A DNA stretch of 64,000 nt from Eledone cirrhosa (GCA_964016885.1 OZ024740.1:70370001-70434000), one strand, 5' to 3'; shown: positions 1-18,717, numbered from the stretch's first letter. Notes: generated by a model not told the origin, from the letters alone. Numbers and translations are program-made.

Positions 1-120
1 AATGAATATGGCATGGAGGAAAATAACTAAAACAAAATTAAAAGTAGTAGAGTGGCTATATTTCTGTTGATATATGAACGCTTACTCTCTCACGTATACA
101 AAAACATGGGCAAATACACG

Positions 121-222
<102 letters not shown>

Positions 223-543
223 TTGTAATAGAATGAAACGAAATTTCATTTCTCACTCTTAGTACGGCACTTACTTAAATGTAAGTATGTATGTATACGT
301 ACATACATATATGTATACAGACGTACAGTAGCATGCATATATATATATATAAAATATATATACATATATACATACAGGTACACATATATACATGTACGTA
401 TCAGTTTAGCGGACGTTCATTATGACGCCCGCTTTGTCCGTTTGTAAACGGACAGCCTGATTTATGCCGTACGGACAGCCTGATTTATGCCGTACGGTGT
501 TAAGGCAACCACGTCACCTTTTTGTTCAACACTGACACAGGAA

Positions 544-584
544 CGATGTACTAGTTTCAAGCTTCTTAGCTATCATCAGCACCG
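544..584 (-). ncRNA. Minimal type-I hammerhead ribozyme (retrozyme-like unit, left copy)
   Basis: Exact reverse complement of the HHR at 1266-1306. Confidence 0.85.
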
Positions 585-822
585 TATACCCTTCTGCCAG
601 ATGGTTGAACATTCGAAAGTATATACTTTCCTTATGAAAATTAACGGCTGAGCAGCCTAATTTGCATATCGAGTGAGTTCAGTCGGCCAGGCGTACCGAA
701 AACGATAAGTTGTAATAGAATGAAACGAAATTTCATTTCTCACTCTTAGTACGGCACTTACTTAAATGTAAGTATGTATGTATACGTACATACATATATG
801 TATACAGACGTACAGTAGCATG

Positions 823-895
<73 letters not shown>

Positions 896-939
896 CAGGT
901 ACACATATACATGTACGTATCAGTTTAGCGGACGTTTAT

Positions 940-1029
<90 letters not shown>

Positions 1030-1265
1030 TGCTACTGTACGTCTGTATACATATATGTATGTATGTATACATACATACTTACATTTAAGTAAGTGCCGTA
1101 CTAAAAGTCAGAAATGAAATTTCGTTTCATTCTATTACAACTTATCGTTTTCGGTACGCCTGGCCGACTGAACTCATTCGATATGCAAATTAGGCTGCTC
1201 AGCCGTTAATTTTCATAAGGAAAGTATATACTTTCGAACGTTCAACCATCTGGCAGAAGGGTATA

Positions 1266-1306
1266 CGGTGCTGATGATAGCTAAGAAGCTTGAAACTAGT
1301 ACATCG
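1266..1306 (+). ncRNA. Minimal type-I hammerhead ribozyme
   Basis: CGGTG-CTGATGA-TAGCT AAGA AGCTT-GAAA-CTAG-TA-CATCG: 5-bp stem I, canonical core, palindromic CTAG loop 3, GUA cleavage triplet. Confidence 0.85.
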
Positions 1307-1459
1307 TTCCTGTGTCAGTGTTGAACAAAAAGGTGACGTGGTTGCCTTAACACCGTACGGCATAAATCAGGCTGTCCGTTTGTTTACAAACGGACAAAGC
1401 GGGCGTTATAATAAACGTCCGCTAAACTGATACGTACATGTATATATGTGTACCTGTAA

Positions 1460-1534
<75 letters not shown>

Positions 1535-1587
1535 TGCTACTGTACGTCTGTATGCATATATGTATGTACGTATACATACATACTTAC

Positions 1588-1646
<59 letters not shown>

Positions 1647-1796
1647 GAAATAACGCCTATGGAAGCATCTTAGCTACCATCAGACACATATATATAGAGA
1701 GAGAGAGATAGATAGATAATATACATATATATATATATATGTATATATATGTATATATATATGTATATACATATATATATACGTATATATATATAC

Positions 1797-1878
<82 letters not shown>

Positions 1879-1916
1879 CATAAATTACAATCAAATGGTG
1901 TTTAAAACAATTAATA

Positions 1917-1961
1917 GCTTACAATCGTTTCATCTAGACATAAGTATGATATCATCGGAGC
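1917..1961 (-). ncRNA. Degenerate minimal hammerhead ribozyme
   Basis: Minus strand GCT-CCGATGA-TATCATACTTATGTCTAGAT-GAAA-CGATTG-TA-AGC. U4C core change, loop 3 one change from palindromic CGATCG; lies in a short island between (TA)n tracts. Confidence 0.6.
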
Positions 1962-2102
1962 ATACGAAGGTTAAAACAAATATTTTACATTGAGCTACTT
2001 TTCTTACTGGTAATCAGGTAACATATAATATTACCCCTATTATATATATACTTATATAGAAATATAATTTTATATATATATATTTATTTATATATATATA
2101 TA

Positions 2103-5825
<3,723 letters not shown>

Positions 5826-5869
5826 AAGTTAAATAAAAGTCAAATGATTAAAATTTAGCTTCGTTTATT

Positions 5870-5924
5870 ACTGCTATATATATTTCAGTGACAGCCATCT
5901 TTGGCTGTGACCTCTTCAGGCAGT
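5870..5924 (-). ncRNA. Minimal type-I hammerhead ribozyme
   Basis: Minus strand ACTGC-CTGAAGA-GGTCACAGCCA AAGA TGGCTGTCACT-GAAA-TATATA-TA-GCAGT, then AATAAA and (TA)n; perfect 5-bp stem I. Confidence 0.85.
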
Positions 5925-6230
5925 TTGAATTAGTATGGTATAGACAAGTACATACGTTGTTTAGGTGTATAAACATATACACTACTCCGGAGTAACCAAA
6001 CCAACCTGCGCACTTCGTCGAGTGCTACAGCCTGCATATTGAGGTGTTGGTATACAACCAACATAAACTCAAAATATATATATATATATATGCATGTGTG
6101 TGTGTATGTGTGTGTACTTTTACTATACACTACATAATTGCACCTTCGTATAAATGGAGTTCTACAAATATAGTTTCTAGCATGTAACATATTGAGCTGT
6201 TTTATGGTGTAATTTGACTGAAATAATGTT

Positions 6231-6286
<56 letters not shown>

Positions 6287-6287
<1 letters not shown>

Positions 6288-6518
6288 TTTTTTTTTATTT
6301 GCCACCAGGGCATCAAAAAGTGGGACAAGTACAATGGGGGGAGTTTACATAACAAGGCGTCCTCAATAAGGAGGAGGCAATAACAAGATATAAAAATAAA
6401 ATACAACATAACAAAATCCTCAATAGGGAGGAGGCGCCTTGGGGGGTCGCACACACCTCCGAAGAAAAGTGTGCAACCCTTCTCCTCAGGAGCACAGAGA
6501 GGGGGTGCTCCCTTGATC
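6287..6518 (-). mobile_element. 3' end of a poly(A)-tailed non-LTR element inserted in (GATA)n (possibly Tx1-like)
   Basis: Minus strand ends ...CCTGGTGGCAAATAAAAAAAAA followed by (TATC)n, with GATA repeats on both sides. Homologous ends at ~62632, ~62748 and 63817-64000. Confidence 0.55.
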
Positions 6519-6524
6519 GATAGG

Positions 6525-6556
<32 letters not shown>

Positions 6557-6680
6557 GATCGAGGGACTAAAATAACATATATATATAAATATATATAGAG
6601 ATAGATATAAATATATATATTATATATATACATATATATATATAGAGAGAGATAGATATAAATATATATATTATATATAT

Positions 6681-6799
<119 letters not shown>

Positions 6800-6967
6800 A
6801 ATATAAATATAAATATACATAATAGTACCACTGATGATGTTGCAGACTATATATATGTGTTTATACCTATATTATATCAATCAATGGTAAACATTGAGGA
6901 CCGAATGAATTAACTGTAGGGATATAAAAGACACAGAAGCGAAAACCAACCAAACAGTGTGTTATTA

Positions 6968-7042
6968 TTTCGGGGTCGATAAAATCAAGTACCAGTAATA
7001 CACTGGGATAATTGCTGGCCTTGTACCAAAAGTAGAAACAAT
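6968..7042 (+). mobile_element. tRNA-derived SINE family A, 3' half
   Basis: GGGGTCGATAAAATCAAGTACCAG...GCTGGCCTTTGTACCAAAAGTAGAAACAATT matches the family A consensus. Confidence 0.75.
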
Positions 7043-7056
7043 TATTATATATATAA

Positions 7057-7104
<48 letters not shown>

Positions 7105-7163
7105 GTGTGTGTGTGTGTGTGCGTGCGCGCGTGTGCGTGCGCGCGTGTGTGTCTGTGCGTGTA

Positions 7164-7233
<70 letters not shown>

Positions 7234-7643
7234 GTCCTTCATCAGTGGAGTATTGATCAATACTCCACCAACATGCTAAGATAGTACATAAGGGCAAATT
7301 AAGAACATAGAAATAAAAATAAAATCTACACACAGAAAAGACGCAATGTTTAGATAAATCACAGAGGCAATAAACATAAATGAACTCCAACCAAAATTAA
7401 ATAGACAACATGAATGGAATAGCAACATCACAACTTACAATTAAGGACAAAATGAAAACACACACACACATAGAACAAACAACCAACCAGTAACATGTAA
7501 ATTAACAAATAAATAAACAAATATAAACACACACAGACACTCGGATGTAACACATGCGCAAACTAAGCACACAACACACACAAAAACTAGATGGCGTAGG
7601 ATAGAACAAAGGGGAGGCACAAAAACAAAGAAAAGAATCCCCA

Positions 7644-7686
7644 GTCACTGAAGAGGTCACAGAATGTATGACGAAAGAACTTTGAC
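7644..7686 (+). ncRNA. Minimal hammerhead ribozyme in a (TA)n-flanked non-coding element (~7228-7898)
   Basis: GTCA-CTGAAGA-GGTCACA GAA TGTATGAC-GAAA-GAAC-TT-TGAC; perfect 4-bp stem I. Confidence 0.7.
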
Positions 7687-7907
7687 AATATATGAACAAC
7701 CGTCCGGTTATGGAACCAACCAACCAACCGGAAATTTATAAATTCTTAAATTTATAAATTTAATTTATAATAAATTGGAGTGAAAGTAACTGGTACGTAT
7801 GTTTCTTATTGGCAACATGACCCTCCCAAAGTATAACAATATCGGTTTCAACACACGTTTTCAGATAAAGAATCTTGCTAAACAAATTCAGAAACGAAAT
7901 ATATATA

Positions 7908-8503
<596 letters not shown>

Positions 8504-8779
8504 ACCAACGGCGTCGATAATAATCAGAAGTCAAAAGTTGATGAAATAAAGAATGAAAAATGAAAAAAAAAAAGTGTAGAAAGAACAAGAAAAAACATTA
8601 AAAGTCAATAAAAATGATAATGAACAGCCATGAAATAGATCGGAAGTACAAAGTATTTATCCCGCTAGAATGTTCCCCGTAGTGATAAACTAGAAAGAAC
8701 AAAGCATTGACATGTGTGGAAACATGTATTTCTACAACTGCTGCTGTTGCAACTGTTGTTGATGCTGCTGATATTGCTA

Positions 8780-9228
<449 letters not shown>

Positions 9229-10756
9229 ATCAACGGCGACGAAATCATTATCGGCAACCTGATGAGTATGTACTACGTGCATGCACACAAACACACACAC
9301 CACTGCATCATTTAGATAAATATTTATATACATTTATGTGTATAGATATGCATGTGTGTGTATATGTGAGCATATATATGTGGAAATGTATGTGTTTGTG
9401 TGCCTTAACCCGTAAAAAAAATACTCAGAAAACCCCATAAACCCACTACTGACCTGCACTCATAACTCCTGCTAAAGCTGCCATGGACCGCACCAGCCAC
9501 CGAATGGATAAGATATTGTGTAGCTTCTGCATAATAAAATGTGTGTGTGTGTGTGTGAAAATGGTGTTTCAGGCGGCTTTCTATCAAACGGGTTAAAGGC
9601 ATTTTAAACATGATCGTCCTGTCTCTTTTCTCGTGCATAGTGTATCTTGGATTTCCATTATCAAATGTGCTCTCCTTTTATTTTTTAGGAATGTATAGTT
9701 GCCTTATATTTCTAGCATGTTGAACAGAAATTAGCCCATGATCAGATCAGAAAAAACAATATTGCTCTCCGATAGATTTGTGGTCATAACTTGTAGTAGT
9801 AGAGACTTCCGGTGTACTTGGGCTACGCACCACCACCCTACTCATTACTATGGGGCGGAGTTGACTACCCGCATGAGCGAGCCACGAAAGTTAGAATGGC
9901 TATTCAAACGCATCTTCTTCGCCAACTTCCCGGGCAACGTTTTCTACATTCTGTCCGCAGGGACCACGAGGTGGGTTGCACAAGTGTTCCCTCGGACATG
10001 CAACCGCTCCTCTATATCGTCCAGGACCGCATTACGATATTATGTACTCTTCAGAAGAAAAGCGTCTTCTCCATTGCTTTATGGCATAAAACGAAATATC
10101 CTGTTAGAAATGATGATGACGATAACAGCTCCCTGCCTACCTACCCGCAAGTCTACCAGGCTACCATTTTACTCAGAAAAGAACTGTACAAACCAACTGA
10201 ATAAAAAGAACCTACACTCTGTCTTGGTTGAAACTCTAAAGTCATAAGTACTTTTAATACCAAACCAACTGAAAACTGATTCTACAATACACAACTGTTT
10301 TAAAGTGTTTAAATTTATCTAAAAACCTTTCATCATAATTTTATGAAAGAACATTTATTATATTGTGTTTCAAACACCGACTTAATAACGTTTCCAGAGG
10401 TCTTGTGATTTCTAATATAATGTGTTAGAAGAAGGTGTAATTGTATTCAGAATGAACAGAACTGAACCAGATACCGACACACTAACAATTCCGCTAACCC
10501 ACGGACTTTAAACTGGTACATTTTATTAATCCTGAAACGATGGAATGCAAAGTTGACCTCGACAGGATTTGAACTCAGAGCCTAATGAACCTGAACAAAT
10601 ACTGAGATATTTAATTCGATCCACACCCTAATGACTCTGTCAATTCGCTACCAATGTCAACCTTATTGATTATCGTAGTTGAGAATAATATACATTAATA
10701 TATATTTTATATTTAGCTGAATATTTATAAAGTATCTCGCTCTCAGTCCCGTCCCC

Positions 10757-10861
<105 letters not shown>

Positions 10862-10975
10862 GCTCTCCCTCTCCTCATTGATGTTAATGTTAAGTTGTAG
10901 AGTTATACGTATATAAAACAAACATTTGCATGTGGCAGAGACGTATTATTTTCGTGTACCAATCAACCAAGATTC

Positions 10976-11007
<32 letters not shown>

Positions 11008-11060
11008 GTCTGTCAGTTTACTCTTTCATCGACACACTTTCTCTATCTCACACGCACGCA

Positions 11061-11112
<52 letters not shown>

Positions 11113-12457
11113 TTTGCGCACACTCTCTGTCTCTCCGCCTCTCTTTCACTGACATACATATACACTAGAGACATATCTTCAAGCCGCATGGTGTGTCATG
11201 GCGTGTCTTCAAGACAAGAAGTATAAGGCCAGAAGTAAAACAAATTAAATTGCACTGGGTTATCAAGGAAAGCAATTCTCGTGGGAATGGTATGTTACCA
11301 GTAAAAACAGCAATCGTCTTTACACTCAATAACCATTTTTTTTCTACGATTTTGATTTTTTGTTTTTGTTTTTAATATTCTTCAAAGACGAAGACAGTTT
11401 TTTTTCTTTTCTTTTTCTTTTAGAACTTTGTTCATGGTAAATCTATTTTATTCGGAGGTACATTTTTATACAGTTTGGTCAGGATGAGAAGGCAGAGCCC
11501 ATGGCCCTTTTCAGGATATCCGAGATTAGAGGGAAGGATATTAATTCAAATAGGGGGCCTGCCCCGAAGGCATGCAGCGTAGCAGACCTCGCAAAAGGCA
11601 CTCAATAGACAGGTGGTCGTGTTAAACCGGGCGACGGATTAAATCTACACGTCAACTTCCATTAATACCAGCTCCCTTATTTATTATATTCTTTCTTATA
11701 CTTCTTGTCATTGTTGTTTAGCCTCAGCTAGCCCTGATTGTGAAAGCGCATAGCCTAGTGTTTGACGTGGTGGATTGATAAGCATAAGATCATGAATTCG
11801 ATTCCTATACTAGGTGTCATGTCGTGTTTTTTAGCATGGCGCTTCATTTCACGTTGGCCTTTATGATAGAATTGGGGATTCTACCATTAGAACACCCGAG
11901 AAATCTCCTGAGATGCAACGTCTTTAGAGACCAGCTAGACGTGCATAGGTGTGTGAGCTGTAAATTTTATTTCGTTTTCTGATCGGCCTACAATTAAAAG
12001 CATTCTACTGGGGACAATCTCGACTTATTTTGTTAACTTTTAATGTACAGACCTTGGTCTACATTACCCAATGTCATATTTTTTTAATAAAGAGAACAAA
12101 AGACAGTTCTTCTCTTTCACTTCTTTATCCTACTCTGGAAGAAATTAGCTCTATCCAGATCCGGAAAGGAGATGGGCTCCACCAGGTCCAAACAAAAATG
12201 TACAAGAAACGCTGTATGTCACTACACCGACCCTACGACTCCCACAGGAGTTACGGCTCTATACATACATAAATATATCTTATTTATGAGATCGGAGGGT
12301 GAACAACAAAAAGAAATACAGGCATTAATTGGTTATTATATACATTTTTGAGAAGTAAACTGTTGTTTAGTACCCATTTGTATTTTGACTTATTGTTATT
12401 ATTTATTTAGTAATTTATTATTAGGTGGTATTGTTATTGATTAGGGATTGTTATTGA

Positions 12458-12890
12458 TTGGCAGTATCGGTAGAGGGTCGAACGCCATGCTTTGACGCAT
12501 AGAGGTACGGCCCTTGCCATTCTGGGTTCAAATCCCGCCGAGGTTAACTTTGTCTTTCATCCTTACGGGGTCGATAAAATAAAGTACCAGTCACGCACTG
12601 GGGTCGATTTAATCGACTTTCCCCGCCCCAAAAATTGCTGGCCTTGTGCCTATATAAGAAACCATTATTGGGAGCGTTGCTTGGTGTTTGGCGTATTCGA
12701 CTCACTCTCATAAGATCATGAGTTAGATTCCCACCAGCAGTATAGAGTTATGGCCCATTACGTTCTGACTTCAAATCCCGCCGAGGTTAATTTTGCCTTT
12801 CGTCCTTACGGGGTCGATAAAATAAAGCACCAGTAATGCACTGGGATAATTGCTGGCCTTGGGCAAAAAGTAGAAACAATTATTATTATC
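12458..12890 (+). mobile_element. Two tandem tRNA-derived SINE family A copies
   Basis: A-box-like TGGCAGTATCGGT, B-box GGTTCAAATCCC, and central domain GCCTTTCATCCTTACGGGGTCGATAAAATAAAGTACCAG, which resembles the Meta/MESC SINE domain from memory. Confidence 0.8.
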
Positions 12891-13254
12891 GGACAAAAGG
12901 CCTTGCAATATTTAATAACAGCCCCCTTACGTACCGAGGTCAACTTGGTCTTTCGCCGATGAAATAATGAACAAGAGTAAATGTTTTCATGTTGTTATTT
13001 AAACTCAGTTTAACTCTAACATCCAGCATATCTATAACTATATTCTTGTTAGAACCATCCTATCTTTTTTATTTCTTATCTATTTTTGTTAGCTTCTGTC
13101 CAAAGACAATGACTATTCTGCCACACCGCCTTGAAGTAACTCAATCGATCGTATCGATCCTCGTAATAACAACAGTAACAGCAATAATACCAACAGCAAC
13201 ACTCACACACACACAACCATGTGTGTGTGTTTGTATATATATATGGGTGCGTGC

Positions 13255-13310
<56 letters not shown>

Positions 13311-15007
13311 GTGTGTGTGATGAGTTCCCCAACAGTTTACGCCAACTACATTTCACTCACAAGGCATTGGTCACTCCAAGCCTGCAGAATGTCAACGTGC
13401 CATGCAGTGGGATTGAACACGAAACCACGAGATTACTAAGTGAACTTCTTAGCCACGCAGCTATGTCCATGTTGGATTTTTGTGTTGTTTTTGTTATGTT
13501 GTAGTTGGTTTTTTTTTCTTGGTTTTTTTTTGTCGTTTTTTCTTCTGGGGAATTTTTCCTGACATGATGTATGAATTTACATTATCCTCTGCCTCTTTTC
13601 TCCTTCGCTTTGTTTTAAAACAGTAAGATGTGATATGATGGATATTTAACTGCTATTTCTTGCTAATCGTGTGACATCGCATGCTTCCAGTGTTGTCTTG
13701 ATATGTTTAGTTGTTTCATCACAGAAAGACTAATTTCAACTTTTGTAAATCTTAATATGTTCCCATTGGCAACCGGCCAGCGAGCCAACCACGTCTCGTG
13801 TTTAAAACCAAGAAACCTTACTGAATTAACAGGGGTCCTTGTTTGATTTCCAACAGCTCCTATATAATTATCATCAGACAGACACACGCCCCCGAATGTC
13901 GACGCCAATAATGCCCCACCACCATAACTACCAAATATATATATAATTTAAAAACAAAAAAATAGGTCAACTACTTTCTTCGACAAAGGTCATTGGCTGT
14001 CCAAATTTATACTTAGTACAGTAGCTATTAATGAACTACTTACAGCCGCCTGTTGTCACATGAATAACAATAACACTAACAACAACAATATTAAGAACAA
14101 TAGTAACACACCAGCTATAGAAGTAGCCAAATTTCCTTTAAATCACACCCTACCGCCTAGCTTAATCCTTTCGTTACCATATTTTTTTAATGAAAGACAC
14201 CCAATTATTTTTTAATCATTTTTAAAATAGTCAAAAATTTAAGATAACTTTCTTATTAGTAAATAGATTTTGGAGCATAACTTAACAAGCATTTTTACAT
14301 TAAATTATGATGGAAGGGTTTTAGATAAATATAAACACTTTAAAATAAACAGTCATGTATCGTAGAACCGAGGCCGGCACCAGGCGGTGTGGTAGCAAAA
14401 GGATTATTGAAACTGTACAATGACTAAGATAGTATAAGATGCACGATGCCTGAATAAAAGGTGGAATAGATGGATAGATGCAAACCTTTTGATTATGTTT
14501 ACTTGTTCTCCGATTACCTGAGGCTAAAAGCAACATCACTAGCAATACTGATAGTAACAGAAATAACAGCAAGAGTAGCGACAACAGTAACAACGTAGAC
14601 AACAGTAACAATTGGGTAGGTGGATATTCTATGGAAGCCTTTTGGATGGATCGCACCTATAATTCAAAGGTTCAGCCATGTCACACACTGCGTCACACTG
14701 ATTCGGCTTAGGGATTATGTTAAGGGTACACGTTTGTGGGATACTTAGATGGACGTTCGGTTGATCAGATGATTTAAAATGTTTATCGTTGAAACCGATG
14801 AAGGCTCCAACATAACAAATTGATATTGAATAATATAGTATTAGATACATGTCTGAATAATGGGATGGATGGATAGATGTCATGGAAGAAAGGCTTCTGG
14901 TCATATGTTTATTCAATCAAGACTGACCCGTGTCTAGAAAACAACAACAATAATAATGGGAAAAATAGAAATAGAACAGAACAGTAGAAACAACGAGAAC
15001 AAGTTAT

Positions 15008-15395
15008 AATAATTGTTTTTACTTTTAGCACAAGGTCAGCAATTATCACAATACATTACTGGTATTTTATTTTATCGACCCCGTAAGGATGAAAAGCAAA
15101 GTTGACCTCGGCGGGATTTGAACTCAGAATGGAAAGGGCCGTAACTCTATGCGTCAAAGCATGACATCCGACCCTCTAGTTATATCAAATATAATAATAA
15201 CGATTTCTACTTTAGGCACAAGGCCAGCAATTTGGAGGAGGGGAAAGTTCGATTACTGATACTTTATTTTATCATCGACCCCCCGTAAAGATGAAAGGCA
15301 AAGCTAGCCTCGGCGGGATTTGAACTCAGAACGTAAAGTGCCATAACTCTGTGCCGCAAAGCATGTTGTCCGGCGTCCTACCGATACTGCCATAA
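15008..15395 (-). mobile_element. Two SINE family A copies
   Basis: Reverse complement of the family A consensus, twice. Confidence 0.8.
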
Positions 15396-17784
15396 TAATA
15401 ACGATAACATCAGTGGCTTCAACAGTATCAACAACAATAACAATGAACCTAACAATAGTAACAATAACGACAATGCCTTCAACAGTAATAACAACAACTA
15501 CAACAGTGACTTCAACAACAATGGCAGAGATCTTGGTTACAAAAGTAACAGCAGCAACGGCTGGCTACAACAGCGGTAGTAAGAGTAGAGGCTACAACAA
15601 TAACAACAACAACAGTAACAAAATAAACAGTAACAATAGAAACAACAATATTTACAACAATAGTACCAACAGCAGCGACAGTCGTTACAACAATAACAGT
15701 AATAACAACAGTAACGTTAGTGGCTAGCTACAATAGTAACAACAACAATCATACCAACATTTGTCAGCCCATAAATAATGTCCTGCCACAGAGTAATTGA
15801 AAAACGAAGCATCAGCCCTAAGTTGTCGTTATACGATCTTAAAGCCTCCCTCCACGATGAAAGAAAACTTGTTATCTCACAAACCACCCAGAGAGTTAGC
15901 CTCTAGGTGGTAACTAGAAACAGTAGCAAAATCTCTCTCAAATCACATTTTATGGTCTTAAAAACATGAATTGGCAGAGTGATTACAGCAGTATTTGTTT
16001 CGTTTAGGTTTTCTGCAATCTAAGTTCAAATTGCACTGAAGTCATCTTTGTGTTTCATCGTTTCAAGAGTAGTAGTGAAGGGGGTAGGTCTGGGGATTTA
16101 TTAGAGCAGTGGACATAATATTTTGTGTTCTCTCTCGGCCCGTCGCGTTGTCACTTCACTGATGATAAAGTACAACAATGACTTTTGCTTTTCTTTTGGA
16201 AAACATCAGTGGCATGGAGAAAGAAGACATGTCTGCGTAGCGACTGTTGATTTTCGACGGAAAAACAATTGCCCAGACATACTTTAGATAGGAACATTCC
16301 AGGTGCAGATCGATAGCCTCACGTGACATACTATAAAGTTCCGGATAAAGTTAAAAAAAGAACATCCGAATATAGAGAATGTCTTAACAGGTAAAATGTA
16401 ATGAAACCAATCTGACCAGCTGGTCGCTGTTTATCTTTTACAATTTTGCTAATTTGGACAAAGACCATGCTGAGGCACCAGCGTCTAATAGGTTTTAATC
16501 GCTGATATCTACCTCAGTAATTATTTCAGTTTCACAAAGTTTTGCTGGTCCGCCAGAGACAACAGTAGAAGCCATTCTTTTACCTAGGTGGAGCCTAGTG
16601 ACATCGAACTCAACCCGGACTCATATAGTTGCGAAATGCTATTTGTAACCACACAGCTCCGTAGTCACCTCTAAACAGAGAGATTTAAACTAGTAATATA
16701 CAAAACTTGGCGTTACTAATTCATCTTAAGTCATTCTCTCTTTTTTTTTCTTTTTAGTAAAGTGGGCGTTAACAAACTTAATATCGTGAGCCTAGGAATT
16801 TTAATTACTAATTATTTTTTTAATGCAGCAGGTGTCTTTGGGTGTAATCTTCTCTCTCTCTCTCTCCACGCACACGCACATACACACGCACACACACACA
16901 CACACACGTGCGCACGCACCAGTCAATCTTATTTACTTTATGTTTGATTGAACTTTGAACTCAGTGGGGCGAGACTAAATAGGCAGCTACAAAGCGTTTA
17001 AGTCTGATGCATCATGATTTCTCTCAATTTACCACGAGCCAGTGAAGAGGCTTCTCCACATGGCGGCTCATAATGCTAAACATATCAGTTAAATTTCTCT
17101 CGTCTATTTTTATTTTTTTATTTTGTTTTACTCTTTAATCAAGAAGAGACAAACACTGCCCATGACCAATTTCAGGCTCCCTACGACTAGATATGGGGCT
17201 GAGAAAAGTGTTCTCAAACTGCCTAGACTTGGACGAAATGCTGCCAATAGTATGCACTCCACTAAACAAACAAGGAATTACAAAAGAGCCCCCAAACTGG
17301 TGAGAAGGTGGGTAGTTGAAAGACATTCACAAACCTGATAGGCAGGCCCGGAATGTTTATAAGAGTGGACTCCACTAAAAGTACTCAACTAACTGAGCGA
17401 TCTAGGCAACGATAGGATTTGAACTCAGAACGTAAGGGGTTGGAGCAAATACTTGATTAAAGATATACTGGATACTGTGATTATTTCTTAAGTGTAGAAG
17501 GTGCATAGCCTAGTAGTTGTGAATGTTGGGCTAACAAACATAAGGTGGAGAGTTCGATTCTCAAAGTCATGTTAATTTCCAGGTAGCTCCAACTTACTCA
17601 GTTGAAATGAAAACGTATACAAGAAATTATTAAAAGTACCTTCTCAAATCAAGGTCCTACCATCTTAAATAAAGGTTATCTTATTATGCTGTTGTTTATG
17701 ATATACAACAAGACGGGGGGATAGTCAGAACTGGAACGTCTTTGACCATGTTTACTCAGTTAAATGAGACCGGTGGATGTTGAC

Positions 17785-18065
17785 ATGGGTGAGTGGTTAC
17801 AAATTTCGCTTCGCAAACATGAGGTCTGCGATTCGATCCCACTGTGTGATATCTTGGACAATTGTCTTTACTATAACTTCGAATCGACCTAAGCTGTGTG
17901 AGTAAAACTGGGTTAAAGGAAACTGTGTGGAAGCCCGTCAGATGGACTGAATCTATAATACAAAAGGTCCTGCCATGTCACATTGTGTCACGCTGATTCG
18001 ACTGGGTAATAAAGTTAAGGATACACCTGTTTATGAAATACTCAACCACTTAAACGTAGTGGAAG
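17785..18065 (+). mobile_element. tRNA-derived SINE family C, diverged
   Basis: Head ...GTGGTTA.AA.TTCGCT..C, body TTGGACAA.TGTCTT.ACTATA...GGAAACTGTGTGGAAGCCCGTC. Related copies at ~13320(-), 31200(+), 36730(-), 38480(-), 39184(+), 46145(+), 46720(-), 48748(+) and 49520(-). Confidence 0.65.
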
Positions 18066-18717
18066 CTTCTTTGATTGGACAACCGAATAGTCATTGTTGG
18101 AACCGACGGAGAATCTTTCATCATGACTAGAAACCAAAACAACTACTTCAATATATATATATATATGCGTGTGCATGTGTATGAGTGTGTGTGGAGGTGT
18201 GTGGGGTGTGGGTGAGTGTGTAAGTATGTGTGTGTGTGTGTGTAAGTGTGTATTACCAAAGTTGTGAATTAATAAATGGGTACGAAGGACGGACAAACAA
18301 AATTATCTGTCTTTTCGATCAGCAACCTCAGTTGTGTATATCATATCCACTTGCACAACGGTTTCAACTATATATAATTGACAATGGTATAGCCCCTTGA
18401 AATACTGAAAGCTCTGCTATTGTCTGGTTAGTTAAAATGACAACAATAGCAGCAACAGAAAAGTCTACCACAAGTAGAAATTCGAAAAAGGCACCTGTAG
18501 TACTTGAATAGAAATCAAGAGGTCTTACTCCGGAAAACAGCATGTGAATGCACTGTATATATATAATTGACAATGGTAAAACTCCTTGACACACTGCAGG
18601 ATCTGCGACCTTTCTGGCTACTTGAAACAATGACATTGTCAGATAGATGCCATTTCGACAAGTCTTTAACACCATAGCTGCTATTTAGAAATCAAGCCGT
18701 TCTACAACAGATAAGAT

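Noticed and set aside
1658-1688. HHR-like remnant CTGATGG-TAGCT AAGA TGCTT (minus strand)
   Set aside because: Resembles the 1266 stem II, but GAAA and the cleavage site are absent.
10050-10075. Minus-strand MEKT as HS3ST exon 2
   Set aside because: Followed by LFF-stop, with no other sulfotransferase motifs.
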